Shown here piece by piece: positions 1 to 12,800 of a DNA stretch of 64,000 nt. Position 1 is the first letter of the stretch. Each line of letters starts with the position of its first letter. Under the pieces are notes generated by a model. That model was not told where the DNA came from, did not search any database, and worked only from the letters and a program-made list of their open reading frames with translations. This DNA is from Lepidodermella squamata (taxonomy: Eukaryota; Animalia; Gastrotricha). The translations under genes were made by a program, and so were the position numbers. Where the stretch lies: NCBI GenBank assembly GCA_047495785.1, contig JBLDXI010000029.1, positions 496,001 to 560,000 of the forward strand. Reading direction: 5' to 3'.

Positions 1-394
1 ATACTGGCTGCATATATTAGAGGGGTGCGCGCCTAGTGGGTCGGAGACGCACCCCACGTTGGGACATGCGGAAAAAGTACCAAGTTGGTTTTCATACGCT
101 TTGCTACTCTATTAGGCACATATTTGCCGACGCTTCTTTAATTTTTGCGCTTAAGCGTAATTCCTAATTTATCGGCGGCCAAACTACACACACAACAGCA
201 AAGTCAGCTCGATATATTTGCTAAATCGACAATTAAGACTAGTTTACCCTTTACCTCGATCTACCTGTTTAACACATCAGAAATTACTGAAGATAGCGCT
301 AGTCGTCGCGATTTTTGCTGCTCATACATTTGAGAAAATTAAATTGGATGTTGGTATATTCAGACCCAATCCCAACCCTAAACTTAAACTCAAT

Positions 395-608
395 CCACTG
401 TAAAAGGCAGCTAAATAGCACTGAGCATAATTTTAGCTGCGGTTAGCTGCAAAATAAGAGCTATTTAAAGGGACATTGGACGGCTTATTACCAGATTCAG
501 CTAATTAGCCCAAATATCTAATAAACCCTCCTATGTTTCTCTTAATAGTTCATAAACCGCCGACTCCATTCTTTCTCCGAGCTAATTAGCTGCCTTTTTT
601 CTTAGTGG
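395..608. mobile_element. Small MITE-like element with imperfect terminal inverted repeats
   Basis: Left end CCACTGTAAAAGGCAGCTAAATAGC versus reverse complement of right end CCACTAAGAAAAAAGGCAGCTAATTAGC; no clear TSD. Confidence 0.5.
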
Positions 609-698
609 CCTGTTTGTGTGTTCGTGGTTGTTAACTATGGGTCACACTCGATGAGAAAATATGTGCTTACCTAGTTCATAATTTTAATAATATTAATA

Positions 699-2008
699 AT
701 GTTATTGCTGTTTCTAATTGACGTCGTTCCGTTTTTATCGTCGACTCGAGCAGAGGAAAATCCTATAATGAAGGCTCTGAACGACCCGGTAAAATTGAAC
801 CAAATGCAAGAGCGCTTCTTCGAGCTATGTCCCATCGCTAAAACTAGCAATTTGCCAGCAGCTAACCACTTGCAGACAAACAACTTTTCGAATGCAATTC
901 AAACCACCCTCGTTTCAAGAATATTACAAATTACTGAGGTCAGTGACTCCACGATGAGGTATGCACAGCAAGAGAAGTTGCATTAAGTTGCATCGATGTC
1001 ACTTCTCACCCGTAATTTTTCAGTGTTACTGTTACAATGACATTTCGAATACTTTGGGACGTTCCGTGTGGCCGTGACATTCGATCGGAATTGCTACCTG
1101 GCTACGAAAATATCTCTCAGAACATTCTAGACCGCATTCAATTCGAGGTGAAAAAAGAGGATGTCTGGTGGCCAGATATGCAGCACATCAATGCGATTGG
1201 TGACTCAAGACCACTGAGGAGGTATATTAACGCTTCTTGATTTGACTGCCAGCTTACAATTCAGCCTTATTTCAGCGAGATTTATGTGAAAATAAGGCCG
1301 TTTCGTGGTCCGAATCCGAACTTCCTTATCTACTGCGTTCGACCGTTCAAGTCCATGTGTTTCGGCTTCAAATACACAAAATTTCCATTTGACTCAGCTT
1401 CTTGCAATTACGAATTCGAGAATGAAAACACGAGGAATGAAGCAACAATTAAAATAGGAGAACTGACTGTTATATCGTCTTATCCCCCTCTGCGAGCTGA
1501 CGACATTTGGAGCTTTGTCAGTTACAATGGTTCCGTTTTCAACGCAGGTGGCTCGGATCACGCTACGTTGACGCTGATTCTCAACCGAAAGTATCAGTAC
1601 TACGTGGGAAACGTATTTCTTCCAACAGTGACTTTATTTCTTCTGCAAGTCGGCGGCCTTCTAATAGATCCAACCCAATCCGACAGAGCCACGTTTTGCG
1701 TTACTGTCAACCTCGCCATGACTGTTGTGCTGACTCTTGTTTTCTCGCTGATTCCTCGCACAGCTGAGGAAGTCTATCTAATCACTGTTGTCATATATTT
1801 GATGTTGATTTGCGTTGTAATTACGATTTACACTCTAGCTACTGGTGTTTATGCTAAGACGGAGACGATGAAGCGGATAATTCTCGAAAATGTGATTAGA
1901 GACGGTGTGCGAGTGGTTAGATTGATTGATTTAGCAGCTGCTTCGTTCGCATTTTCGTTTGGTATCACCGTCATTATTGTATACTTCAGCAAAATGACGT
2001 CATCATGA
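699..2008 (+). CDS. Cys-loop ligand-gated ion channel subunit (divergent, nAChR/5-HT3-like, non-alpha); exons 699-958, 1024-1221, 1276-2008
   Basis: Signal peptide; VWWPD (loop A, WxPD); Cys loop CFGFKYTKFPFDSASC; pre-M1 LILNRKYQYYVGNVFLP; four TM segments; GT-AG introns 959-1023 and 1222-1275 join the three ORFs in frame. Confidence 0.88.
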
Positions 2009-2827
2009 TAAAAGTTGTGAGCATTCTGAGAGGAATAATTCTCATTCCGAAAAATCGGTGCCTTCCGTATTTTAGCGAATAGCATCCTTGGATACTATTT
2101 ATTTTTCGATGCTACCGAAAGGAACTATAATTCCAGCGCAATTTTAATAGAATTTTTTGCATACCGAAAAATCGATCAGTTCAAAACTTGGCGCGCGCGG
2201 GAAAATTCTACGCCCATTTGGTAGCATAACGTCAAATCATCACTTCAACCGACATTTTTAGTCATTTTAGTCATCAGCTTGAATATAACTACCTCTTCGT
2301 CGCTTTAATTAAGCTTGACTTCACTCGCTATCGTCCTCGTTGTCGCAGTTTCTCTTCTCTACGTCCCAATCATTTTCTTCTGGCACGCTAGCCACCTTAC
2401 TCATTCTGCTCATCAGCTGATCATAGGCCTGATGCTAGTAGGTATTGCTATAACATTGCTATTATTATGATGGCTATTATTCAAGGCCGGCTATTATTAA
2501 CCTCCTGGCCCATTATCTAGATACATTTTTTGGGCTATTACTCGTGGGGGTTATGATTTGAGGTTGGATACTATTCGATAAAATACGGTGTTGTTCAGCT
2601 ATACTGCTTTGTCCCAATAATTGCATGTCTGAAGTTGAACAAAATAAAAGCCTATAGTTCATAGTTTCTTTTTATTACCAAAATCAATACAAATTATGTT
2701 AGATGCAACAGATACCTTCACATAAACTCATCAGGGCATGTCAGCAGTTCTCACAATGACATAGCGAATAGTTCTCTATGCACAAAGACTAACCAAACAA
2801 AAGCAAGGTTTCATGATGGAACTACGC

Positions 2828-4162
2828 TTAATCGCGTTCACCCTTGAGTGCATCTCTCGTCGCAAGACAGTGAGCTCGATGCGCAGTTAGGCTCCGAAGT
2901 TCAGCGAAAGTTTCAAGACAATTGCTACAGGTTGCATGTTGTATCTTGGCGGCAACCGTTGCATGCTTCGAGTTGTTATGTTTGATAAAACCTCTGGTAG
3001 ACCAAAATGTGGCTTTGCACACGAGGCATTCTAACCTGGGCGACTCAATATGCAACATTTTGATGTGATATTCCAGTCCCCCTGGGCTAGCGCATACTTT
3101 CGAACACGACTCGCAGGGATATCGGGGCATTGCAGCACGGCAATCCCTTTTGAACATATGCCGAAGTCGTTCCGCCGATGACTTGAATGCATCGCCACAT
3201 TCAACGCAAGGATAACGTTGCATGGCTGGATGAAGTATATGAACATGGCGGTTTAGACTGCGGACGTTCAAGAAATCTTTGTCGCAAAAACTACACTTGA
3301 TTTTGCAGCAAGAATGCTCCCTTTTGACATGCCTTTTCATGCTTTCCTCAGAAGCAAAAATAGAGCTGCAGACTTGGCACTTCACACATTTGTCCGGATG
3401 GCTACGGGTAATATGCTCGTTCATTCTATAAGCAGATGAAGCACGTCCACAGAATAGACATTTTGATAGAAGCTGCGAAGTGCGAGTGCAACCTCTTTTC
3501 ACGTGACCTGAAAGAGCTAAATTGGAAACGAATCTTCTGGAGCAATCCTTGCATTCGTATGGCAATTGCGAATAATGCTGTTTGCTCATGTGAAGAGTCA
3601 CATTAGCAATAGTGGCAAAGGAGGCAGCACATAGAGAACATGAGTAGGCCTTCTCTTCGTGACGCTTGGATTCGTGTATCTGCAGAATCTTTGAAGATGT
3701 CGCTCGGAAGTCACATTTCCCACAACTGAGTTCGGGTATAGTTCCATGAATTCGTTTTAGATGCCGTTTTACAGAGTAAGAATCATTCAAAGTTGCGTTA
3801 CACATCGAGCACTCTATTCGGTTAACCGATTTCTCAGAGCGAGCTCTGAATTTTCCATGCGAGCTCCGGTTACTACATTTCAACTCATGAATTTCGTGTG
3901 TTTTCTTCGATAAAAACGTGTGGTCGCATCGAGTACATTTCCAGTGAGCACGCTCAGGATGGCACTTTTTCACATGATGAGCAAGGGTGTAACTAGTAAC
4001 AACGCTTACGCCACAGAATGGGCATCGGAAGCCCTTAGCCACGCATTCTCGCTCATGATGACTCGACAAATGATTGCGGTACTCCATGTATAGGTTAAAA
4101 GATCCGCGGTCACAATATCTGCACCCGTACGTTTCGAATGACCGGTCTTCCATTTGCGTCAT
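2828..4162 (-). CDS. Multi-C2H2 zinc-finger protein (roughly 14 tandem fingers)
   Basis: Repeated CxxC-x12-H-x3-5-H/C motifs across the whole ORF; first ATG at 4162 (in-frame stop just upstream of the TTG used by the ORF track). Confidence 0.85.
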   Translation of the reverse strand: MTQMEDRSFETYGCRYCDRGSFNLYMEYRNHLSSHHERECVAKGFRCPFCGVSVVTSYTLAHHVKKCHPERAHWKCTRCDHTFLSKKTHEIHELKCSNRSSHGKFRARSEKSVNRIECSMCNATLNDSYSVKRHLKRIHGTIPELSCGKCDFRATSSKILQIHESKRHEEKAYSCSLCAASFATIANVTLHMSKQHYSQLPYECKDCSRRFVSNLALSGHVKRGCTRTSQLLSKCLFCGRASSAYRMNEHITRSHPDKCVKCQVCSSIFASEESMKRHVKREHSCCKIKCSFCDKDFLNVRSLNRHVHILHPAMQRYPCVECGDAFKSSAERLRHMFKRDCRAAMPRYPCESCSKVCASPGGLEYHIKMLHIESPRLECLVCKATFWSTRGFIKHNNSKHATVAAKIQHATCSNCLETFAELRSLTAHRAHCLATRDALKGERD

Positions 4163-4904
4163 GCCGTTATTCAACAATCAGTAAACCCTAATTATCAGTG
4201 GAAACAGAATTCAATCAATTTCACTTTATTATCATCAGACTTATACTTATATTCATAGCATCAATTGACGAGCGCGATATTGGCAAATCACAAAGGTGAC
4301 CCCAGACCCCTCAGCTCTGTTGTACGGCTGGATAGCCCCCAAACAGACAGAGTTCAAGGTCATTCGACAAATAAAATTCCTTTTGTTTTGCGGACCACAA
4401 TCACGCGCAGAACTCCTCGAATGTTCATGAAATTTGGCTAAAACCTGAGCGGATCCTAGCATATATGGGGCCGCGGGGTCAGCGGTATGTTTCCTTGCAC
4501 AAAAAGCATCACTTCATGTATCGGAACCGAATTCCTTCGCGTCACCGTCGAATCAGGATCATTTTGAGAGGGTAAGTGAACGTGAAATTAAATGTTCAGC
4601 TTCACTCTTGAGAAGCGCCGCTATCGACTGTGCCAAATGCGGGCAAGATTGCCCCGGATCTCGTGCAAAATACGTCTGTTATCGTACTACTAAATATAAT
4701 ATCCCGAAAGTTAGTCACAAAACATTTTTATTGTATAACGTCGTGTCGACCATTGTTATTATCATTTTTTCTAATATTACGTATATAAATTGCAGCAAAT
4801 GAAAACCGGAAAATTATCAATGGACTCTTAGAACGCTCAATAACACGCTGGCTGACTTGTCTCGATTTCCTTCATCATCTGAATGGAAATAAAGGAGTGC
4901 TCTG

Positions 4905-7900
4905 TTAGAAAAACACGCGCTTGAAGTCGTTGGCGCCAAACATGGCGTTGCACTTTGGACACTTGCGCTGGCGCGTTTCGTATCGCGTCTGCAGGCAGTT
5001 GATGCAGAATAAATGTGAGCATTTCGTCAACACCGCGTTCTTCTGCCGCACCTTACAGATCGGACACGCGAGCAGCTCCTTGTACTCGCGCAACTCCTCG
5101 GCCACGACTTGGTCGACGGGCGCCGACATCTGCTCGAGCCTGCGCAACCGCTCCAGGCGTTTATTCAACGACGTCGCCTCCTCCTGAGCCCGACGCTGTT
5201 GGTACAGCAGTTTTTCGACCATGACAGCCTTCTCGCCCAACAGCGTCTGCGCCTCTTTCGCCTGGCGTTGATATCGCTCGATAGATGCCGAGGTTTCGTT
5301 GAGTTTCAGCGTCAAATCTGTCGCCCGTCGCCGAGCAGCTTCGAGAGCCTGCGCTCGAATAGCTGATTCGCGTTCTGCAGATTGGAAAGCATTTTGCAGT
5401 TGCTGGTCTTTCTCGTCGAGTTTATGGCATAACACGCGTTGAGCTTCGAGTTGAGCTTGCAAGATTTCGACTTGTTCGACCAGCGCATCTTTTTCGTCGC
5501 GAAGTAACCGCACGATTTTCAACGCATCACCCCGCTCCTGAAACAAATTGAAACCAAATATAAGTTAGGAGCGAAGTTTATGAAAAGGAGTGTGAGTAAA
5601 AAACTGATAGGTGGGGTATCGAGAAGAGACTATCTAGATGCCAAACTTCCTTCGCAAAATTAAAAATTATCGAGGCCGCATTATTCCAACTTGATGTAAA
5701 AATTGCATCGAATGATGCATTTTCAAAAATACTAAGGAATCAAAAGAGTCCTCTTTTTTATACTGGGTCATTTTGTGTTAATGATATCCAGCTTTTAGCT
5801 CGAAAACGCTGAAACGCGTGCCAAAAGTAGCGAAGCTATTTTAACTACCTATCATTACTTGAACACCGCGTGGACTGCCCAAGTTTTCCGTTCAAATTTC
5901 GTAGTAAAAGCTCAATTGCGCGATTTCAGAGCAATATGATCGTCTTGAAGTTCAAACCATTTTTCCAATGAATTTTTCAAAATGGTCGCTTGAGCAGCCT
6001 GAAGATCCACTAAACAATTTTCAAATTGATCAAAATTTAAGTAACACGGATCCTCGTAAAAATAAACAATTCACGTAAAATAGTTTCCCCAGGATACAGA
6101 AAGAAAAATTGAGTAGAATGCTCACCTCAACGAGACGTAAAGCAGCTTCGTCTTTTTGGCGCACAACCTCCGTCAGCCGAATTGACGTCTCCTGCACTTC
6201 TTCGTACGCCTGCGTCGTAACCGTCAACTCGTTGACCAAACTCTCCTCACGTTGCCTCGCAGACGTCAACTGCGACTTGAAAGCACACGCATCGCCGGAA
6301 CAACTCGACGCAGAACCACCGGCGGCAACAGGCGATTTCACGTCGACGCCTGGCACCGGCGTGGAAGAAGACGGCGTCGGGGAAGCGATCGTATTGTCAG
6401 CATTACTAGTCGCACTCGAATTATTTGTCGTTTGATTCTGCTGTCGAACTCTAACAAGTTCCCGTTTCAATTGAGCATAATACGTCCGGAGACTCTCGAT
6501 CAACGCCCGCATTTCACGCGCAGCGGTCGCCGTCTGTTCGTGAGCAGTTCGCAACTGCTCGTAATTCGCCCGAACCTGTTCCAGTTCGTTCAAAGTCGCG
6601 GTTAGACGAGCGTTGGACGCGTCCAGGGCGTCTCTCAGCTCTTTTTGCACCATAACTTCAGCAGCCTCGGCTTCGGCTAATAAACGCTGTTTCTGCGCAG
6701 CTTGCAACGCTTGTTGAATCCTAGCTTCATCTAACGCGTTTCTAATCTCCATCAGTTCAATTTTGACTGCGGCGAGTTGGTTGCGAGCCGCCTCCAACTC
6801 TTGATGACTAGCAGGTTGAGAATTGGCGTTCTTTTCGGCTGATTCGCTCGACTCGGCTTTGAGGCGTTCGAGCTGGCCTAGAGCGTCTGTCAGCTTTGAG
6901 TGGACTTGTTGCAACTCGGATAACCGCTCAGCTGCGAGTTCTTTCATCTCGTTCAGCTCTTCGGCAGCATTCGAGGGCGACGAGGTCGATGAGGCGGCGG
7001 CTTGTTCTGACAGCTTGCCAGCTGCAGCTTCAGCGGCCAACTGCCCACTTTCGGCGCGGGCTTTCCATTCGCCCAATTCGCGGTCAAGTTTGATTATCGT
7101 TCGATTTGCGGCTGTCTAAAATTAAGAATGAATTTTTAATACGATCGACACTTCAATGAAGGCTTTAGGAACATTTCTTTTACATAGGTGGATAGATATT
7201 TTTGTTTCACTCAACTTGTAACTATAAATAAAATTCAAATTGCTACCGAAAAATACTGTCAAATTATTGAAACTGAGGTTCCAATGCCAAAATCTCCCGA
7301 TTTTCGCTGCTAAGAATTGTTGATCCCTATAGTGAATCCCACAAATCTCTAATTTTCTAATACAGATTGGTTTCAACCTCACGCAGCTATCACAATTCCT
7401 TCAATTAACGGTCACGTCGCCACCAGACGCGTAATTCGTGGAGCTCTTGAACTTTTCCACGTTTTTCATAACAAAAATGTACCAAAACAGAGATCTCATC
7501 AAAATTCTTCATCTCTCAAAATCTCATTGAAAACAGGCTTTAGGTACATCACTTGGGCGACAATTTGGCGAAAAATTGCCAGAATTGGCATCACTCAGGC
7601 CTTGAAGACTTAAACCAGTGCAAATAAGTATATGCAAGCAGGTGTTCAATTTTTAAATCTTCTTCACATAAAAAATTATAAAATATAGCCATCGTAAGGT
7701 CTAAAATGAGCTTATTGGGAATTTCAAAGCATAACAATTTTTCTACCATACAAACTCAACGCTCATTTTTAACGTTTTAGCTTTCAATTCAAGCATTGTT
7801 TTTTTCAACTATTTTTCACTTGACTTCAAAAGTCTCATACCAGGGTTTCATTGAGATCATCTGCCCGCACTTGCAGCTCGGACAGCCGCGCTTCAGCCGC

Positions 7901-9422
7901 AACGAGGCGATCGCCCAGTTTCGTCGCCCGCGACTCGGCAACATGCCGCTCCGACTGCAGCTTGTTACACAACTGCTGCAGGCGCGTATTCTCCGCCAAC
8001 AAACTCGACGTCTCCCCGCTGGCTTCGCTACTTTTCGCCGCAACTAGAGCGGCTAATCGATCTTGGCGTTGAATCAGCCTGTCAAAAGCTGTTAGAAGGC
8101 GCGAAACTGTTTCTTTCGTAACATGAACACGCTGATCCAGCCGCTGGTCCATTTCATCGCGATCGCCACTCGACAACATGCCTAGAAACGTCTGAGCTGA
8201 TTCAGTCGCGTCAGAGAACGAATCGATATTTGGCAGGTCGTTTTCAGACGAAGCTTGATTGCTGTTTTCATCGCCCGCGCCGTTGCTCGTTTTGTTGCCA
8301 GCCGAGCCATTCGCGGCGCCGTTTTCCTGATTCGACCCGGGCTGGTTGTCGAATCGCTGCAGCAACACGCGCAGTTCTTCGTCCAAACGGCTCCAATTCG
8401 ACGATAGCGCGAACAGCAGACTGTCATCGGCGGCTTTCCGCTCCTCGAGCTGCTCAGCTCGCCGGCGCAGCGCATCGGCAGTGCGTTGTGACAGCTCAAG
8501 TCGTTCAGTCTAGCGAAAATAACAAATATTAAGGACGAATTTTACCGAGTGTGAAAACACGCAATTTTTCCCGTAGGAAATAAACACGCGCTGAAAATGC
8601 ACCAGGGCATGAAATCTACAGGTGTCACGAAAATTCGGTAATTCCAGCATTTCCTAGCCGGGGTAGAATTATAATGCGGTTGACTAATTTTACGTAAAAT
8701 GAAGTAAAAATTGGGTAAATGTTAAATTTCGGTGCTCAACCCCATATACGAATAACAAGCCGACCTATATGGAATTAACGTTTAACCTCAATTAAATATA
8801 GATTCAAAGGAATAAAATTTACGAGTGCAATTACGCAAATTTGCTAAAAAAAAAAGATGAGTCTACAATAAAATTATTATCAATTTTTTTCAAGTTTTGC
8901 GAATATGAGATATTGAACAAAATGCCAGAAAATGCCAGTTAATTTTACTCATATAATATGGGCAAAAATTACGCATCAAAGCCCCAAATTTAAGATTAAT
9001 CCCCTTATTTATTTGGATAAGCATTGAACCACTCAGATACCGGTAAAAATTTGCAATTTCAACTTTTTTCTCGATTTTTCACCTAAGCCAACTTTTTAAT
9101 TACAAGGTTTGCGATGTTTATGCTCATTATTTGCCAAATAACATCGCAGGACTCGCACGGTAAAAAAAAAATAAAAATAAACAGCGCGTGTTTATCACTA
9201 TCGAGCATTTCATTATGGCTTTTGTTTATTTTCTCAAGTACTCACCAGGCGCCTGTTTTGAATGCGAAGCGTTTTTTCCGACAGCTCGGCCTGAGATCCG
9301 ACGCCACCGACGCATACGGCTCCTAAATTGGTCGCTTTTTCCCGCTTCGGCACGGTCGCCTGGTCGCCGTGAACCACCGGCGATCCTTCTGCCTGCTCAC
9401 TCTGCTGAGCCGACCTTTTCAT
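4905..9422 (-). CDS. Bre1: E3 ubiquitin ligase Bre1 (RNF20/RNF40 orthologue); exons 9422-9246, 8509-7841, 7115-6126, 5537-4905
   Basis: N-terminal KTLRIQNRRL..TERLE...WSRLDEELRVLLQRFD, long coiled coils, C-terminal RING CPICKVRQKNAVLTKCSHLFCINCLQTRYETRQRKCPKCNAMFGANDF; canonical splice sites keep frame. Confidence 0.95.
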
Positions 9423-9875
9423 TCACGCGAATAATCGATCGTTAAAAAAGGATAAAAAAATCTAAAATGAGAAAAGAAATTGCAGTTAGCCAACAGCAGT
9501 TAATACATTATTTTTGCTTTCTTCAAGAGAGAACAACAAATTTGCCGACCGAGCCTGATGGACGCGAGAAAGAAAACACGTGATAAAATACATAATTACT
9601 ATCAATTTTCATCCAACACAAAAATAGCACATCAGTCGATTTTGTTTCCAATCACCTGAAACAATCATCATGTTTCTGTTTCCATCTGGTCAGTACTTAT
9701 ATATCACCATGAAAAAACGAACAAGGCCCCATTGCTGGATTGCATAAAAATTGTGCCGATTTCAGTTTTCAGTTGTGACGTGGGAAATTTTTCACGTAAA
9801 AAATTGCAGATGAACGAACGAGAAAAGTGCTTTTGAAAAATTATTTCATGCTGTCTGTTTTTGCCAGCTAGCCAT

Positions 9876-12800
9876 CTAGCCTAGAAAATCTTCTCTAGGC
9901 CCAGGCGGAATTTCGTCGTCCATTTTCGTCGACGATTCCTCCGATTCTTCGGTTAGCTGCCGAGTTAATGTTCCGCTGCGAGCTGAAGATGACACGCAAT
10001 CGTCGAGACCGGACGAATAGTGGACGATTAGCAAGCATAACGAACGAATTCGTTGGTCGCACCGGCTCAGTTGCGCTTCACATTGCGCGGCTAGACTCGC
10101 CGGGGCGTTGCTATCATTCTACATTGATAAAGCACAAAGAGACATGAAAAAATTGAAGAAAAATTAGGCCATTTAAAAGTCAAATCAGGGTTCGATTTCA
10201 TTCAAAAAATGATCACGTGGGAATTTCAAGTAAAAAAAACGTGCCGTTTGCCATTGGCCTTCGCCACACTGACAGGGTTAACATTATTTCGTAAATTAGT
10301 TAAAAGCGGTTATTTTGGGGGTTAGGCACTCAATATTTAAAAATAACTCTCAATAAACCATTTTGGGGCCAAATTTCAAGTTCATTTCGTAAAACAAATT
10401 CAATTTTCATCAATTTTCACAATTTTTTCAGCTTGAGCATATTTTATAGATATGAAGAGGAAAATAGAAAATCTTGAAGGACGTGCGATTGCATTCCCTC
10501 AGGGCGAAAATCTCGTCTCGCCCGTCTAAATTTAGCCATCTATTTTCCAGAAAATCAGGAACAAAATATTCATAAAACCCTTTGGGATCGCATATTTTAG
10601 AAGAAGAAAATTGGACCTTGTCACAAAAATGTCCCGAAGAAAAGCAAAAAATGCTGTGCATTATGAAAATATAAGCGCCGTAATACCGCTTCCAAGGTTA
10701 GTTGTACAAGCGTATCTTATCAAAACCGCATCCTCGTTAATGTTTCAATACTTTAAAAAGCAAATTAACCAACCGAAAGAGCCTGAAAAAATAACCCACG
10801 ATATCACAACATATAAAATCATGCCGCTAGCTGAAATGAGCTGAAAATCTCAAACCTGTTTGAACTTTTTGATCAAATTGGAATTGTGGCTAGCCGAAAC
10901 TGCCTCGTCAGAACGCGCAACTTTGAGTTGAACTTTCAGCTCAGCGTGCCGCTCAGATTCTTCATCCAACTGATCGGTCAGTCGACTGATAACCGAATCA
11001 AGCCGCGATCTTCGCTCTTCTAAATCCAAATCGGCAAACAACTCCTTGCCGAGGTTTTTCAATTGAAGTAACAAAGAATCTGACTCGCCATTACTGACTA
11101 AAGCGTCGGCCAACGGGCCCTCCAGCGCTGCCGCAGGCGCCTCGGCCGCTTTAGCAGCCCAGGCCCGGATCAATTCTTCGGCTACAACAGTTTCATTCTG
11201 ATTGTTATCACTCGAACCAGCGGCGAAAGCGAGTAAAGAATCAACATCCTCGCCGATTTCAACCGTTTCATCACCAAGCGGCGTTGTAGCCGAGGCGAGA
11301 CTTGACGATGACGACGCGCTGGTGAACGTTCTAGTCGACCTGCCCTTCAAATCGCGCCATTTATTCGTCAATTTCGGCACAGCTTTCGCCACAATTTTCT
11401 GTTCCTTCTCCCTCGCCTGGGCTACAATATTTTTTGCCCGTGATTTCAGCTTCGACATCATTCCGTTATTGCTGCTCGACGATGACAGGCTCTCAGTGCT
11501 AGCGACTAGGGCTGAAGTTGACGCGGAATGCGATAGAGAATCAATCGAATCTGAAGGGGAGTCGCTGGGTTTTGTTGGTGAGGGTGGTTTCAAGGTGGTT
11601 TTCTTCTGCGGCGCGCACCGCGGGTGACACAACAGCCCACATCTCATGCAAGTCAACGGCGCATGAGATTTTGAAAGTCTTTGAAGTAACCCCAGCGATT
11701 TTCCGCAGATCGTGCAAGGCTGGGAACGGGATGAAATAGCAGGCAATAGGGTGTGCTCGCAATTTTCCCGAATTAGCTTCAACTTTTCAGTCACACCACG
11801 CAGAGATGCGTTTGATCTAGTTTGATTCGAATCGCCCTGCAAAGGCCGGCTTGAGTTATTACCATCAACACGGCGGTAAATAGTGAATGGGGCCTTTTCA
11901 CTAGGTGCATGCTTCACGTCATTTGAAGCTTGAGTGAAACCGATTGTTATATCGCCGAAACACAACTCAGGCGCGAAGCCTCGCATAGCCGACAGCTCCG
12001 GGGTCGAAGTTTCACTGTTATTCTGATTTACCGGCGTTATTGAGGCGAATGGGCGGAAATTAGCCGTTCGCCTCACGTAACAGTCCGCCGCAATTTTACC
12101 CGCATGGCTCAATTCATCGACCACGGTTGATAAGTCAAAACAGCAATATGAAACCGCATGTAGTTTCGCCCATTTAACCGGCCCAACCAGGTCTGAATTC
12201 GCTTGATCCGGCACGCCAATCCAAGCGACGACGTTCAGAAAAGCTTGATTTCTATCGTCACCCTGCGGCAGGTGGAATGTGAGCGTTTCATTCAACGACA
12301 CAGATTGGCCGTGGTTTGTTGGGTACGGCCGGTTTTTCGTCCAGAAAACATCGCCGACCACCAAATCTTGGTCCTGGTCTTCGGCTGGACCAGCGTCGTT
12401 GTACCGCAGAACTACACATTCTTCAACAGATGGCGGCAGATTAGCCGCGTGTTGCAGCGGTTTTTCTGCCAGAAAATTGGCGTCCTTCGCCTGTTTCGGC
12501 TGGTATAAAGTATTCGGCCGCAAGTCTATCAGCGGCTTCTTACTGTCAAAGGCAAGATTCGTATCTGAAGAAGACCTCGAAATCGTAGCTGGGTTCGATT
12601 CTTCAAACGCAATTTTCTGCATCGGCGCCATAGGTAACGTGCGATTAAGATCAGTCGCAACGATCGCCGAGCAGTTGCTCAAATTCTTACGATGTCTCAT
12701 TCTCAACGTGCCATTAGGCGATACAGGTAAGCTCGAATCAACAACTTCAAACGAGCTCATATTGCTATCAGTGCCAGATTTTTCGATCGAAGAATTAGAC

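Noticed and set aside
21-63. Hairpin GGGGTGCG..CGCACCCC and CCCCACGTTGGG resembling a reverse tRNA-Lys PBS
   Set aside because: Only a partial match, at the window edge, with no adjoining LTR or gag
365-395. Telomere-like CCCAATCCCAACCCTAAAC
   Set aside because: Too short and degenerate; more likely an internal TE microsatellite
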